A stretch of DNA of 64,000 nt, taken from positions 12-64,011 of the forward strand of contig JALFIB010000216.1 in the NCBI GenBank assembly GCA_022776305.1, in the 5' to 3' direction. Under the pieces are notes generated by a model that worked only from the letters and a program-made list of their open reading frames with translations, was not told where the DNA came from and did no database searches. Position numbers and translations under genes: made by a program. Source of the stretch: Lachnospiraceae bacterium. Its GTDB lineage: Bacteria; Bacillota; Clostridia; Lachnospirales; Lachnospiraceae. This document shows positions 28,398 through 39,570 of the stretch, piece by piece (positions within the stretch are counted from its first letter, which is position 1; the number at the start of each line of letters is the position of its first letter).

Positions 28398-28919
28398 ATG
28401 AAAGAGAATACGGCAAAATTTGTTACGATCAACGCACTTTCTATAGCACTGGTCTGCGTCAGCACCATGGCGATCCAGATTCCTATCCCGTTGGGGTATA
28501 TGCATCTGGGAAATACCTGCATTTTGCTTACGGCAGCACTTTTCGGTCCCACCACAGGGCTTTTGGCAGGAGGCATCGGCTCTGCGCTGGCAGACCTGTT
28601 GACCGGATATACCCAGTGGGTCCTGCCCACGCTGCTGATTAAGAGCATCATGGGATTTGCCATCGGATATCTGGCATGGGGAAAAGAAAAGAAGCTGCAC
28701 ATGGCATCTGTGAGAACGCTGCTGGCTTCTATTGCAGGTGTGGCAGTGATGATCGCCGGTTATACCATCGCAGGGGCAGTTATGAACGGCAGTATTTATA
28801 CGGGATTGCTGCAGGTACCGGGGCTTACGCTGGAAGGGATCATCGGCATGGCCATCTTTTATGTGATCGGCTTTGTCCTAGAGCGGGCAAATGTTTTCCG
28901 TCTGCTCCGCATAGCGTAA
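28398..28919 (+). CDS. ECF transporter S component, probably for vitamin B6
   Basis: IPIPLGYMHLG, GGIGSALADL; about six TM helices; directly upstream of pyridoxamine kinase. Confidence 0.85.
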   Translation: MKENTAKFVTINALSIALVCVSTMAIQIPIPLGYMHLGNTCILLTAALFGPTTGLLAGGIGSALADLLTGYTQWVLPTLLIKSIMGFAIGYLAWGKEKKLHMASVRTLLASIAGVAVMIAGYTIAGAVMNGSIYTGLLQVPGLTLEGIIGMAIFYVIGFVLERANVFRLLRIA

Positions 28920-28946
28920 AGAGAAGATGCAGGAAAGGAAATTTTG

Positions 28947-29789
28947 ATGAGTGATACAAGACCAAACCATAACCATCAGAAAAAAATAGCTGTTATCAAT
29001 GATTTTTCGGGATTTGGCCGCTGTTCTATCGCAGTGGCACTTCCCATCATATCGGCCATGAGGATCCAGTGCTGTCCGCTGCCGACATCCATTTTTTCCA
29101 ACCATACCGGGTTTGAAAGTTTCTTTTTTGAAGATTATACCAGCAGGATGCAGCCATATATTGAGGAATGGAAAAAGCTGGGACTGCAGTTTTCCGGGAT
29201 CAGCACAGGATTTTTAGGTTCTAAAGAGCAGATACAGATCGTACTGCAGTTTTTTAAAGATTTCGGGACAGAAGACAATGTGATCGTAGTGGATCCGGTG
29301 ATGGGAGATTATGGAAAAACGTATTCCACTTATACGCCAGAGATGTGCGAGGAGATGAAGAAACTGGTTTCCTACGCAGACATACTGACACCGAACCTGA
29401 CAGAAGCCTGTATTTTGACTGATACACCGTATCATGAAAAATGGAGTATGAAAGAGGTGGGTGCCCTGGCAGAAAAGCTAAGTGGAATGGGACCGGAAAA
29501 GGTAGTCATAACGGGGATCATCCAAGGGGAATTTATCGCCAATTACTGTTATGAGAAGGATCAGCCGGGTAAGATCCGCAGGACGCATAAAGTGGGGACC
29601 CAGCGTTCCGGTACAGGTGATATTTTTGCGGCCATCATTGCGGCAGATGCGGTGAACGGCGTTCCATTTCAGGATTCCGTCCGCAAAGCCTCTCTTTTTA
29701 TTAAAAAATGTATTGAAAAATCAATTGAAATGGACCTTCCGCTGACAGATGGTGTCTGCTTTGAGGAAGTGCTTCATAAATTGCAGTAA
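28947..29789 (+). CDS. pdxK: Pyridoxal/pyridoxamine kinase
   Basis: NDFSGFGRCS, SNHTG, VDPVMGD, TPNLTEA, GTGD. Confidence 0.88.
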   Translation: MSDTRPNHNHQKKIAVINDFSGFGRCSIAVALPIISAMRIQCCPLPTSIFSNHTGFESFFFEDYTSRMQPYIEEWKKLGLQFSGISTGFLGSKEQIQIVLQFFKDFGTEDNVIVVDPVMGDYGKTYSTYTPEMCEEMKKLVSYADILTPNLTEACILTDTPYHEKWSMKEVGALAEKLSGMGPEKVVITGIIQGEFIANYCYEKDQPGKIRRTHKVGTQRSGTGDIFAAIIAADAVNGVPFQDSVRKASLFIKKCIEKSIEMDLPLTDGVCFEEVLHKLQ

Positions 29790-29836
29790 GCCGGAATATG
29801 GAAAATAAAGTAGATTTGCAGAAAGAAGGAATTACA

Positions 29837-30454
29837 ATGAAACATACGGCAATGACGATCTTATATGAGGTGCACGATAATTTATACGTAAATTTGACGA
29901 ATAAATGCCCTTGTGCCTGTACTTTCTGCCTGCGCCAGACACGGGAGACCATGGAAAATTCCGGACCACTCTGGCTGGAGCATACACCTTCCCTTGAAGA
30001 GGTGCTGTCAGAGTTCCCGAAATTTGATATGGACAAATATAAAGAAGTAGTTTTCTGCGGTTTTGGAGAACCGACAGAGGCACTGGACGTGCTTTTAGAG
30101 GTGGCCCGGTTCGTAAAAGAACGATATAAGAAGCCTGTCAGGATCAATACCAACGGCCTTGGAAATCTGGTCAATGGCAGGAATATCGCTCCCCTTCTGG
30201 AAGGACTGGTAGATACGGTTTCTATTAGCCTGAATACTCCCAATGCTGAGAAGTACCATGAACTGGTGCGCTCAAAATTCGGGGACCAGTCTTTTGATGC
30301 CATGCTTGCCTTTGCGAAAGAGAGCAAAAAATACGTGCCTCATGTGGTGCTGACCACTGTGGATACCACTTTGACAAAAGAGGAAGAAGAGCAATGCCGT
30401 AAGATCTGCAGGAATCTTGGGGTGACATACCGGATCCGTCCATGGGAAGACTGA
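29837..30454 (+). CDS. Short radical SAM protein (TatD-associated/TIGR04100-like)
   Basis: LYVNLTNKCPCACTFC, VFCGFGEPT, RINTNG. Confidence 0.85.
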   Translation: MKHTAMTILYEVHDNLYVNLTNKCPCACTFCLRQTRETMENSGPLWLEHTPSLEEVLSEFPKFDMDKYKEVVFCGFGEPTEALDVLLEVARFVKERYKKPVRINTNGLGNLVNGRNIAPLLEGLVDTVSISLNTPNAEKYHELVRSKFGDQSFDAMLAFAKESKKYVPHVVLTTVDTTLTKEEEEQCRKICRNLGVTYRIRPWED

Positions 30455-30523
30455 GAAAAGACAATTATCAGTCATACGTGTGAGGGACAAAACAGCTATA
30501 AAAAAGATATATAGAGAAAATAT

Positions 30524-30560
30524 AAAAAGACAAGGTACTGCGTGCGGTGCTTTGTTTTTT
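30524..30560 (+). terminator. Intrinsic terminator
   Basis: AAAAAGACAAGGTACTGC-GT-GCGGTGCTTTGTTTTTT. Confidence 0.6.
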
Positions 30561-30641
30561 ACGTTATAGGGAAGACTTGCCCTCTGAAGTGTATTGGCAT
30601 GAAGGATGAGAAAAGTAAAGAGATTAAGATGGAAAGATAAA

Positions 30642-30670
30642 TTGACACTCTATAGATAAACCGATATACT
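30642..30670 (+). promoter_or_regulatory. Near-consensus sigma-70 promoter of the NSS transporter
   Basis: TTGACA-17 bp-TATACT. Confidence 0.75.
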
Positions 30671-30743
30671 AAGTAGTATATAAGTCTGATGGTACACCGA
30701 GGGTAGTGGCATCGGACGGGAAAAATTAATAGGAGAAGGGTAA

Positions 30744-32234
30744 ATGAAAGAAAGAGAAAAATTCAGTAGCCGTTTAGGCTTTATCTTAGTATCGGCAGGA
30801 TGTGCAGTGGGGATCGGGAACGTTTGGAAATTCCCTTATATGGCAGGAAAATATGGCGGAGCAGCGTTTATTCTGATCTATCTCGTCTTCTTAGTGATCT
30901 TGGGATGGCCCATCATGGTGTGCGAGTTCGCTGTGGGACGGGGCAGCCAGAAAAGCTGTGCCACCTCTTTTAAAGTCCTGGAGCCCAAAGGGACGAAATG
31001 GCACCATTATGGATGGTTCGGAATGGCCGGGAATTACTTGCTGATGATGTTTTATACGATGGTAGCAGGATGGATGATGTATTACTGTTTCCGCTGCCTG
31101 AGAGGGGATTTCAGCCGGGAGGCTTTGGATGCCACGGCCACCGGGGAGCGGTTTAGCGAGATGCTTGCCTCTCCCCAGACGATGGCTTTTTGGATGATCG
31201 TTGCTGTGGTGATTTCTTTTGGAATCTGCATACTGGGTGTACAAAAAGGAGTGGAACGCATCACAAAGGTGATGATGATCGCCCTTCTTGGATTGATTCT
31301 GGTGCTTGCCGTACATTCCGTACGGCTTCCGGGAGCAGCAGAGGGAATCAGATTTTATCTGATTCCGGACTTTAAAAAGATGAGAGAGACCGGGATCGGG
31401 GATGTTGTTTTCGGCGCTATGTCTCAGGCATTTTTCACACTGAGCCTTGGCATCGGTGCGATGGCCATATTCGGAAGTTATCTCCATAAAGACCGTTCCC
31501 TGACGGGAGAGGCGATGAATATCGGTATTTTGGATACATTTGTAGCTTTGATGGCAGGACTTATCATCATTCCCGCATGCTTTGCCTTCGGCATAGAGCC
31601 TGGCGCGGGACCATCGCTGATCTTTATCACGCTGCCGCAGATCTTTAACCAGATGGCAGGCGGACGGATCTGGGGATTCTTATTCTTCTTGTTCTTGTCC
31701 TTTGCGGCGCTGTCTACGGTTATTGCAGTGTTTGAAAATATTATTTCTTTTGCCATTGACCTGTTTGGGGCTTCAAGAAAAAAAGCGGTGGCAGTAAATA
31801 TTGTCCTGATCATTGTCCTGTCTCTTCCGGCAGTGTTGGGCTTTAATATCCTTTCCGGGATCCAGCCGTTAGGATCCGGCACAACGATCATGGACCTTGA
31901 GGATTTCCTTGTGTCCAGCAACCTCCTTCCCCTCGGCTCTTTAGTGTACCTTATGTTTTGTACGCAGAAAAACGGCTGGGGATGGAAGGGCTTTATTCAG
32001 GAAGCAAATGCAGGAAAAGGAAAGAAAGTCCCTGCTTTTGTGCGGGGTTATATGACTTATGGGATCCCGGTCCTTGTGGTGATCATTTATTTAAAAGGAT
32101 ATTGGGATACCTTTGCACCGAGGGCAGCTGCGGAGCATAATCCTGCGCTTTTGGTTATCTGGATGGGTGTGGCAATCGCCTTCTTGGGCCTGATCTGCTG
32201 GTTCGCATTCGGAGGCAGAAGGAAAGATTCTTAA
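30744..32234 (+). CDS. Sodium-dependent transporter (NSS/SLC6 family)
   Basis: REKFSSRLGF, AVGIGNVWKFPY, QAFFTLSLG, GPSLIFITLP. Confidence 0.92.
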   Translation: MKEREKFSSRLGFILVSAGCAVGIGNVWKFPYMAGKYGGAAFILIYLVFLVILGWPIMVCEFAVGRGSQKSCATSFKVLEPKGTKWHHYGWFGMAGNYLLMMFYTMVAGWMMYYCFRCLRGDFSREALDATATGERFSEMLASPQTMAFWMIVAVVISFGICILGVQKGVERITKVMMIALLGLILVLAVHSVRLPGAAEGIRFYLIPDFKKMRETGIGDVVFGAMSQAFFTLSLGIGAMAIFGSYLHKDRSLTGEAMNIGILDTFVALMAGLIIIPACFAFGIEPGAGPSLIFITLPQIFNQMAGGRIWGFLFFLFLSFAALSTVIAVFENIISFAIDLFGASRKKAVAVNIVLIIVLSLPAVLGFNILSGIQPLGSGTTIMDLEDFLVSSNLLPLGSLVYLMFCTQKNGWGWKGFIQEANAGKGKKVPAFVRGYMTYGIPVLVVIIYLKGYWDTFAPRAAAEHNPALLVIWMGVAIAFLGLICWFAFGGRRKDS

Positions 32235-32329
32235 AGATTCCTAAAAATGTAAAAGGCACTTGGTTCAATTTACAAAAAGGATTATAATAAAGACGAATTT
32301 TTTTTGAATGGCTGTGGGAGAGGAATATT

Positions 32330-34156
32330 ATGCGTGTATTTGATGCGTTATCGGCTATGCAGGCAGGAAAGAAAAAAACAAAAAAGATATGTGAACTGAC
32401 GACGTGCTGGAGTGAAGATACAAAAGACAGTGAAGTTTTGCCGGAATATCCCAGACCGCAGCTCCAACGAAAGGACTGGATCTGCCTGAATGGGTACTGG
32501 CATTATGCTATTACGAAGAAAAGCAGCCATCCGGAAGAGTTCGATGGTAAGATATTGGTCCCATTTTCTCCGGAGACAAGGCGTTCCGGTGTGAACATGA
32601 GGCTGAAGCCGGGCAGTTACCTTTGGTATTTCCGCAGTATTGACATAGCGGAGGTGCCAAAAGGGAAGAGGTTGCTGCTTCATTTTGGTGCAGTGGATGA
32701 GCGCTGCATCATATGGTGGAATGGAAAACTGCTGGGCAGTCACCGCAATGGTTATCTGGCCTTTTCTTTTGATGTGACAGACCAGGTGCGCGAAGGGAAA
32801 AATACCATCTGGGTGAGAGTGCAGGACGACACCGATGAAGGGAATGCATGCCGCGGTAAGCAGGTACAAAAACCGGAAGGGATGTTTTACACGGCCCAAA
32901 GCGGTATCTGGCAGACGGTCTGGATGGAATGGGTCCCGGAAAATTTCATTGAGCAGGTGAAATTTACCCCTTCGCTGGATACCGGGGAGATCAAGCTGGA
33001 AGTGACCATGTCAAGACCGGCCCGTGTACTGGTTATGATCCAGGGAAAATGGATGACTTATCTTCGCCGGATCGAGCCGGAGGAGTTTTCCTTTGTGGGA
33101 AATCTGGCTGTAGGAAAGCACCATGCCCTTTTGGATGATCATATGGGAGAGAAGGCAGTTGCCAATGTTTCCATTGTATTGCCGGAGATCAACCCCTGGA
33201 GCCCGGAGGATCCTTTTTTATATCATGTGCAGATACAGTCAGAGGAGGACAGGGTTGCCAGCTATTTTGCCATGCGCAAGTTCTCCGTCGGTATAGACGA
33301 GAAAAAAGTACCACGGCTTTTTTTAAATAATAAACCGTACTTTTTTAATGGCGTGCTGGATCAGGGCTATTGGCCGGAAAGCTTGTATACCCCGCCCAGT
33401 GATGAGGCCATGGTTTTTGATATTGTAAAGATGAAGGAGCTGGGCTTTAATATGCTCAGGAAGCATATTAAAATCGAACCTATGCGGTGGTATTACCACT
33501 GTGACCGTATCGGCATGGTGGTCTGGCAGGATATGGTCAACGGCGGAGGCCCCATCAATATGAACCGGCTCTGCTATCTTCCCACTATTTTTCCGGCAGT
33601 GACGAAGATGGTACGGGATAAGCATTACCGCTTTTTTGCGAGAACGGATAAGCAGGCCCGCCTGCAGTGGGAAGAGGACTGCATCGCCATGGTGAAGCAG
33701 CTCTATAACTGTCCCTGTATCGGGATGTGGGTTCCCTTTAATGAGGGATGGGGACAGTTTGACTCCGTCCGCATTGCCCAGCATATCAAGGGTGTTGATC
33801 CCACCCGGCTTGTGGACCACGCAAGCGGTTGGTTTGACCAAGGCGGAGGCGATGTAAAAAGTGTACATAATTATTTTCGGAGATTGAGGGTTGTGAAAGA
33901 CAGAAGGCCTTTTGTACTTTCAGAGTATGGAGGGTATTCTTATCCGATACCCGGCCATATGTATACCAATGCATCTTACGGATACAAGACGTATGGCAAT
34001 GGCAGTGAATTTATGGCAGCATTCCAGAAGCTTCAGAAAAAGATACAGAAGCTTGAAAAGAAAGGACTGAGTGCAGCTGTCTACACACAGGTGTCGGATG
34101 TTGAGGAAGAAGTAAACGGGTTGTATACGTATGACCGCAAAGTATGTAAGCTTTAG
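32330..34156 (+). CDS. Glycoside hydrolase family 2
   Basis: LHFGAVD, SGIWQTVW, LDQGYWP, RKHIK, WVPFNEGWG, LSEYGG. Confidence 0.88.
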   Translation: MRVFDALSAMQAGKKKTKKICELTTCWSEDTKDSEVLPEYPRPQLQRKDWICLNGYWHYAITKKSSHPEEFDGKILVPFSPETRRSGVNMRLKPGSYLWYFRSIDIAEVPKGKRLLLHFGAVDERCIIWWNGKLLGSHRNGYLAFSFDVTDQVREGKNTIWVRVQDDTDEGNACRGKQVQKPEGMFYTAQSGIWQTVWMEWVPENFIEQVKFTPSLDTGEIKLEVTMSRPARVLVMIQGKWMTYLRRIEPEEFSFVGNLAVGKHHALLDDHMGEKAVANVSIVLPEINPWSPEDPFLYHVQIQSEEDRVASYFAMRKFSVGIDEKKVPRLFLNNKPYFFNGVLDQGYWPESLYTPPSDEAMVFDIVKMKELGFNMLRKHIKIEPMRWYYHCDRIGMVVWQDMVNGGGPINMNRLCYLPTIFPAVTKMVRDKHYRFFARTDKQARLQWEEDCIAMVKQLYNCPCIGMWVPFNEGWGQFDSVRIAQHIKGVDPTRLVDHASGWFDQGGGDVKSVHNYFRRLRVVKDRRPFVLSEYGGYSYPIPGHMYTNASYGYKTYGNGSEFMAAFQKLQKKIQKLEKKGLSAAVYTQVSDVEEEVNGLYTYDRKVCKL

Positions 34157-34240
34157 AGGCAGGGCGGTCATTACATACGGATGTATGGTTCTGGACAATT
34201 AGAAGCGAAATGTGATTTTTGGTGATATGGGAGATTGACT

Positions 34241-35164
34241 ATGGGAAAGATGCTGTTTATATATAACCCCAAATCAGGAAAAGGGTTGATCAGAAATCAT
34301 TTATCGGCGATTGTTGAAATTTTTTCAGCAAGCGGATACGACGTTACGGTATATCCTACAAGAAAAGAAAAAGACGGGTGCCGGGTGGCACAGGAACGGG
34401 CAAAGGATTACGATATCCTTGTCTGCAGCGGCGGAGACGGGACGTTGGATGAAGTAGTTACCGGGATGATGAGGAGCGGTGTGAAACGACCCATCGGCTA
34501 TATTCCGGCTGGAAGCACAAATGACTTCGGCCACAGCCTGGGAATTCCGAAACAGATGGACCAGGCAGCGGAAGTGATCGCAGGGGGAGCACCTTTTTCC
34601 TGCGACATCGGCAAATTTAATGATGAATACTTTGTGTATGTGGCTGCTTTCGGTTTTTTGACAGATGTTTCATACCAGACAAACCAGGAACTAAAAAATG
34701 TACTTGGCCATACGGCTTATTTGCTGGAAGGGATGAAGCGTGTCAGTACCTGGAAGAGCTATACGTTGAAAATTGAAAGTGAAGAATTCTCCGATGAAGG
34801 CCAGTTTATGTATGGGATGATCACTAATTCTACTTCTGTAGCAGGGATCAAAGGGCTGCCGGGGAAAAATGTGGAATTAAACGACGGGCTTTTTGAGGTG
34901 ATGCTGGTGCGGACCCCACAGAATATCGTAGACTGGCAGGAAGTGATCACAGCAGTCCTCATGCGCGATGAATCCAGTAAAAACGTGGTGCGGTTTAAGA
35001 CGAACCATCTTGTGGTATCCTCAGACGAACCGGTGGCATGGACCCGTGACGGCGAAAATGGGGGAGAGCAGACGTTGGTTGAACTGACGAACCTCCAGCA
35101 GGCTATGGACATCATGACATCCTCTGTGGCAGAGGAAACGGTGGAGATGGCAGAAAGTGAATAA
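34241..35164 (+). CDS. Diacylglycerol/lipid kinase family protein (YegS/BmrU)
   Basis: NPKSG, GGDGT, PAGSTNDF, DGE. Confidence 0.88.
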   Translation: MGKMLFIYNPKSGKGLIRNHLSAIVEIFSASGYDVTVYPTRKEKDGCRVAQERAKDYDILVCSGGDGTLDEVVTGMMRSGVKRPIGYIPAGSTNDFGHSLGIPKQMDQAAEVIAGGAPFSCDIGKFNDEYFVYVAAFGFLTDVSYQTNQELKNVLGHTAYLLEGMKRVSTWKSYTLKIESEEFSDEGQFMYGMITNSTSVAGIKGLPGKNVELNDGLFEVMLVRTPQNIVDWQEVITAVLMRDESSKNVVRFKTNHLVVSSDEPVAWTRDGENGGEQTLVELTNLQQAMDIMTSSVAEETVEMAESE

Positions 35165-35272
35165 AACACAGTACAGGAACCGGAGGATCATGGAAAGGAA
35201 CCATAAGAATACCGGTAAATAAAGAAGAACAGAGATAGAAACATATATAGAAAGGCAGGTAGAAGAACAGAA

Positions 35273-36325
35273 ATGGAAAAAACAAAATATGGATCATTAA
35301 AAGAAATTGGAGAGGTATCACTGTATACCCTTACCAACAAAAACGGTATGTCCATCAGCGTGACAGACCTTGGGGCAACATTAGTAAAAGTCCTTGTTCC
35401 GGATCGCACCGGTACACTTCGGGATGTTGTACTTGGGTATGATACGCCGGAAGGCTATCTGGAGAATACCTGCTATTTTGGGGCTACCATCGGCAGAAGC
35501 GGAAACCGTATTGACAAAGGCAGGTTCGTGATCGGAGGTAAGACATACCAGCTGGACATCAATGACAACGAAAACGATCTCCACAGCGGAAACCATGGCT
35601 ATCATATCCGCAAGTGGGAGGCCATAAAGGCGGATGATGAGAAGAACAGCATTACCTTTACATTGTTCAGCCCCGATGGGGATCAGGGATTCCCGGGGAA
35701 TTTTAAAGTTTCCGTAACTTACACACTGACAGAAGAAAATGAACTGGTCCTTCACTATGAAGGGATTTCCGATGCAGATACGGTAGCGAATTTGACGAAC
35801 CATTCCTATTTCAATCTGGGAGGCCATGACAGCGGATCTATTGAGGACCATGTGCTCACTCTGGCTGCAAAATCATATACACCGGTAAGAGATAATCAGG
35901 CAATTCCTACAGGAGAGGTCGCTCCTGTGGATGGAACTCCCATGGATTTCACTTTCCCGAAGGCTATCGGAAGGGACATAGAAGCTGATTTCCAGCAGCT
36001 TATATACGTAGGCGGCTATGACCACAATTTTGTGCTCTCAGATAAAACAGGTGAGCAAAGGAAGATGGCTGAGGCATACTGTGAGAAGACCGGCATCGTA
36101 ATGGAAGCTTTCACAGATTGCTGTGGTGTACAGTTTTATGCAGGAAACTTTATCACACCTCAGGAAGGCAAAGACGGTGTGCCTTACGGAAAGCGCCATG
36201 GCTTCTGTCTGGAATCACAGTATTATCCAAACTCCATCAATCAGGCAGGGTTCCCGTCTCCGCTGCTTAAAGCCGGGGAAAAGTATGATACGGTGACTTC
36301 TTACAAATTTTCCGTGAGAGCGTGA
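35273..36325 (+). CDS. galM: Aldose 1-epimerase (mutarotase)
   Basis: GATIGRSGNRI, DQGFPG, NLTNHSYFNL, GYDHNF, CLESQ. Confidence 0.92.
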   Translation: MEKTKYGSLKEIGEVSLYTLTNKNGMSISVTDLGATLVKVLVPDRTGTLRDVVLGYDTPEGYLENTCYFGATIGRSGNRIDKGRFVIGGKTYQLDINDNENDLHSGNHGYHIRKWEAIKADDEKNSITFTLFSPDGDQGFPGNFKVSVTYTLTEENELVLHYEGISDADTVANLTNHSYFNLGGHDSGSIEDHVLTLAAKSYTPVRDNQAIPTGEVAPVDGTPMDFTFPKAIGRDIEADFQQLIYVGGYDHNFVLSDKTGEQRKMAEAYCEKTGIVMEAFTDCCGVQFYAGNFITPQEGKDGVPYGKRHGFCLESQYYPNSINQAGFPSPLLKAGEKYDTVTSYKFSVRA

Positions 36326-36338
36326 GGCAGGGGGAAAC

Positions 36339-37256
36339 ATGGATCATTCCTATGTGATTGGCATTGATATTGGCGGGACAAATTTCCGTATAGGCACAGT
36401 GGATGAAGATGGGCGAAGTGAGCATTTCCGTAAGGTGCGCGTCAAAGAAGTGTTTTTTTCCGGGGATCCCTTGAAAGACCTGATGGAATATGTAAGGGAA
36501 TACTGCAAAATGCTGGAGGATGAAGGAAAAATGCCGGAAGCTGCTGCCATCGGCTTTCCTGCCACGCTGGACAGGGAGCGCAAAGTGGTCCTGCAGGCGC
36601 CCAATGTTGCCTTTATGGAGAACCTTCCGGTTGTGGATGTGCTGGAAGAAGCATTGGGTATCCCGGTGATGATCGAGCGGGACGTGTCTATGGCGCTGCT
36701 TTATGATAAGAAAAAATACCATCTGCCATCCAGCGAGGTTTTGGTGGGATGCTATTTTGGCACAGGCATCGGAAATGCCATCATGGTAGATGGCCGGATC
36801 CTTCTTGGAAAAAACGGGACAGCCGGGGAGCTGGGCCATATCCCTGTGGACGGCAGCAGCCTTCTTTGCGGCTGTGGCAATGTAGGATGCATGGAAAACC
36901 TGGCAGGCGGAAAATATCTGGAGTATCTTTGCCGGGAAGTCTATCCGGATACGAAGGTGGAAGACTTGTTCCTGCGCTTCGGCAACGACCCTTTGCTAAA
37001 GCAATTTGTGGACAGGATGGCCATGACGGTGGCTACAGAGATCAATATCTTAAACCCGGATTACGTCCTGATCGGCGGCGGAGTCCCGAATATGAAAGGA
37101 TTTCCTCAGGATGAGCTGACAAAAAGGATCCATTTGCGGACGAGAAAACCGTATCCGGAAGAGGATCTGCAGCTTCTCTATACGGAGGACGATGAGGATA
37201 AGGCAGTCATAGGGGCGGCATTTTATGCAAGAGAGAGAATCCGGCGAAATGAATAA
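36339..37256 (+). CDS. alsK: ROK-family sugar kinase, allose kinase-like
   Basis: GIDIGGT, GFPATLD, ERDV, GTGIG, GELGH, CGCGNVGC.E, RKPYP. Confidence 0.75.
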   Translation: MDHSYVIGIDIGGTNFRIGTVDEDGRSEHFRKVRVKEVFFSGDPLKDLMEYVREYCKMLEDEGKMPEAAAIGFPATLDRERKVVLQAPNVAFMENLPVVDVLEEALGIPVMIERDVSMALLYDKKKYHLPSSEVLVGCYFGTGIGNAIMVDGRILLGKNGTAGELGHIPVDGSSLLCGCGNVGCMENLAGGKYLEYLCREVYPDTKVEDLFLRFGNDPLLKQFVDRMAMTVATEINILNPDYVLIGGGVPNMKGFPQDELTKRIHLRTRKPYPEEDLQLLYTEDDEDKAVIGAAFYARERIRRNE

Positions 37257-37324
37257 GCAACGTATGATTTTGAGCCAAATTTTGTAAATTTTATTGAAAT
37301 ATGGCTTTGTGCCGAAATTTATAC

Positions 37325-37410
37325 TTGATTTTTATTTGAGGATAGAGTATTTTAAGAGCAGGTGACAAGGGCGTTCCACATAACAAGTGATGGAATGCCC
37401 TGTTTTAGAT
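37325..37410 (+). promoter_or_regulatory. Putative promoter and attenuator hairpin upstream of glutamine synthetase
   Basis: TTGATT-17 bp-TATTTT, then ACAAGGGCGTTCCA...TGGAATGCCCTGTTTT hairpin with T tract. Confidence 0.5.
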
Positions 37411-37433
37411 TTAAGGGAAAAGAGGAGGATATT

Positions 37434-39545
37434 ATGAGCGAGTATTTTAATGTAGCTGACATCTTCGGCGAAGATGTTTTTTCAGACAAAGTAATGCAGG
37501 AACGTCTCCCGAAAAAAGTGTACAAGGCACTGAAGAAGACGATTGAAGAGGGCACGGAACTCGATCTTGCAACGGCTGATATTATCGCAGCAGCTATGAA
37601 AGACTGGGCAATCGAGAAAGGCGCCACACATTATACACATTGGTTCCAGCCGCTGACAGGTGTGACAGCAGAGAAGCATGACTCGTTTATCACGGCACCG
37701 AACCCGGACGGAACGATTTTGATGGAGTTTTCCGGAAAAGAATTGATCAAAGGTGAGCCGGATGCATCTTCTTTCCCGTCAGGCGGACTGAGAGCGACAT
37801 TCGAGGCGAGAGGATATACAGCATGGGACTGCACTTCACCGGCATTTGTACGCCATGATGCAGCAGGCGCTATTCTTTGTATTCCTACTGCTTTCTGTTC
37901 TTACACAGGAGAGGCACTGGACCAGAAGACACCGCTTCTGCGTTCTATGGAAGCCATCAATACACAGGCCTTGAGACTGTTAAGGCTGTTTGGAAATACT
38001 ACCTCCAAGAAGGTAACTCCTTCCGTAGGACCGGAGCAGGAATACTTCCTTGTAGATGAGAAGAAGTTCCTTCAGAGAAAAGACCTTATCTTTACAGGCC
38101 GTACACTCTTCGGTGCAATGCCGCCGAAAGGACAGGAGCTTGATGACCATTACTTCGGAACCATCCGCCAGAGGATCGCTTCTTTCATGAAGGATGTGAA
38201 CGAACAGCTTTGGAAACTTGGTGTTTCTGCAAAGACACAGCACAACGAAGTAGCTCCTGCACAGCACGAGCTGGCTCCGATCTATGCAGAGGCAAATGTG
38301 GCAGTTGACCACAACCAGATTGTTATGCAGACCCTGAAGAGAGTTGCATGCCAGCACGGTATGAAGTGTTTGCTTCATGAAAAACCATTTGCAGGCGTAA
38401 ATGGTTCCGGTAAACATAACAACTGGTCTATTATTACAGACGACGGAATCAATCTTCTGGATCCGGGCAAGACACCTCATGAGAACATCCAGTTCCTTCT
38501 TGTCCTGACCTGTATCCTGAAAGCAGTAGATACACATGCAGACCTGCTCCGTGAATCTGCAGCAGATCCGGGCAATGACCACAGACTTGGGGCAAATGAG
38601 GCACCGCCAGCCATCATTTCCATATTCCTTGGGGAACAGCTTCAGGATGTGCTCACACAGCTGATCAGCACAGGTACAGCTACCCATTCCCTGAAGGGCG
38701 GCGTTCTGGAGACAGGTGTTAAGACCCTTCCGAACCTTGCAAAGGATGCTACAGACCGCAACAGGACATCACCGTTTGCTTTCACAGGAAATAAATTTGA
38801 GTTCCGTATGGTTGGCTCACGCGATTCTATCGCTTCACCGAACATCGTATTAAACACCATCGTTGCAGAAGCATTTTCTGATGCGTGTGATATCCTTGAG
38901 AAGGCAGATGACTTTGATACAGCAGTGCATGACCTGATCAAGCAGTACGCAAACGAACACCAGAGGATCGTCTTCAACGGCAACGGCTACTCTGATGAAT
39001 GGGTAGAAGAAGCTGAAAGAAGAGGACTTCCGAACATTAAGTCCATGGTAGATGCCATTCCTGCCCTTACCACAGATAAGGCGATCAAACTCTTTGGCAA
39101 GTTTGGCGTATTTACAAAGGCAGAACTGGAATCACGTGTCGAGATCAAGTTTGAAAACTATGCAAAGGCTATCAATATCGAAGCACGTGCTATGATCGAT
39201 ATTGCAAGCAAGCAGATCATCCCGGCAGTAATCAAATATACAAAGAGCCTTGCTGATACCGTAAATGCAGTGACAGCAGCAGGTGCAGAGGCATCTGTAC
39301 AGGTAGAGCTTCTCAATGAGACAAGTGCCCTCCTGTCTGATACAAAGGTTGCCCTTGCAAAACTGGTGGATGTGACTGCAGAGGCTGCCCAGAAAGAGGA
39401 AGGTGCTGTTCAGGCAAGATTCTTCCATGATGTAGTAACCATCGCAATGGCAGAGCTTCGTGAGCCGGTGGATAAACTTGAAATGATCGTGGACAAAGAA
39501 ATGTGGCCGATGCCGTCCTATGGCGACCTGCTTTTTGAAGTTTAA
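37434..39545 (+). CDS. glnA: Glutamine synthetase type III
   Basis: [57 protein letters not shown]; RBS GAGGAGG. Confidence 0.93.
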   Translation: MSEYFNVADIFGEDVFSDKVMQERLPKKVYKALKKTIEEGTELDLATADIIAAAMKDWAIEKGATHYTHWFQPLTGVTAEKHDSFITAPNPDGTILMEFSGKELIKGEPDASSFPSGGLRATFEARGYTAWDCTSPAFVRHDAAGAILCIPTAFCSYTGEALDQKTPLLRSMEAINTQALRLLRLFGNTTSKKVTPSVGPEQEYFLVDEKKFLQRKDLIFTGRTLFGAMPPKGQELDDHYFGTIRQRIASFMKDVNEQLWKLGVSAKTQHNEVAPAQHELAPIYAEANVAVDHNQIVMQTLKRVACQHGMKCLLHEKPFAGVNGSGKHNNWSIITDDGINLLDPGKTPHENIQFLLVLTCILKAVDTHADLLRESAADPGNDHRLGANEAPPAIISIFLGEQLQDVLTQLISTGTATHSLKGGVLETGVKTLPNLAKDATDRNRTSPFAFTGNKFEFRMVGSRDSIASPNIVLNTIVAEAFSDACDILEKADDFDTAVHDLIKQYANEHQRIVFNGNGYSDEWVEEAERRGLPNIKSMVDAIPALTTDKAIKLFGKFGVFTKAELESRVEIKFENYAKAINIEARAMIDIASKQIIPAVIKYTKSLADTVNAVTAAGAEASVQVELLNETSALLSDTKVALAKLVDVTAEAAQKEEGAVQARFFHDVVTIAMAELREPVDKLEMIVDKEMWPMPSYGDLLFEV

Positions 39546-39570
39546 TGACATAAAAAGATAATTTTTCACA

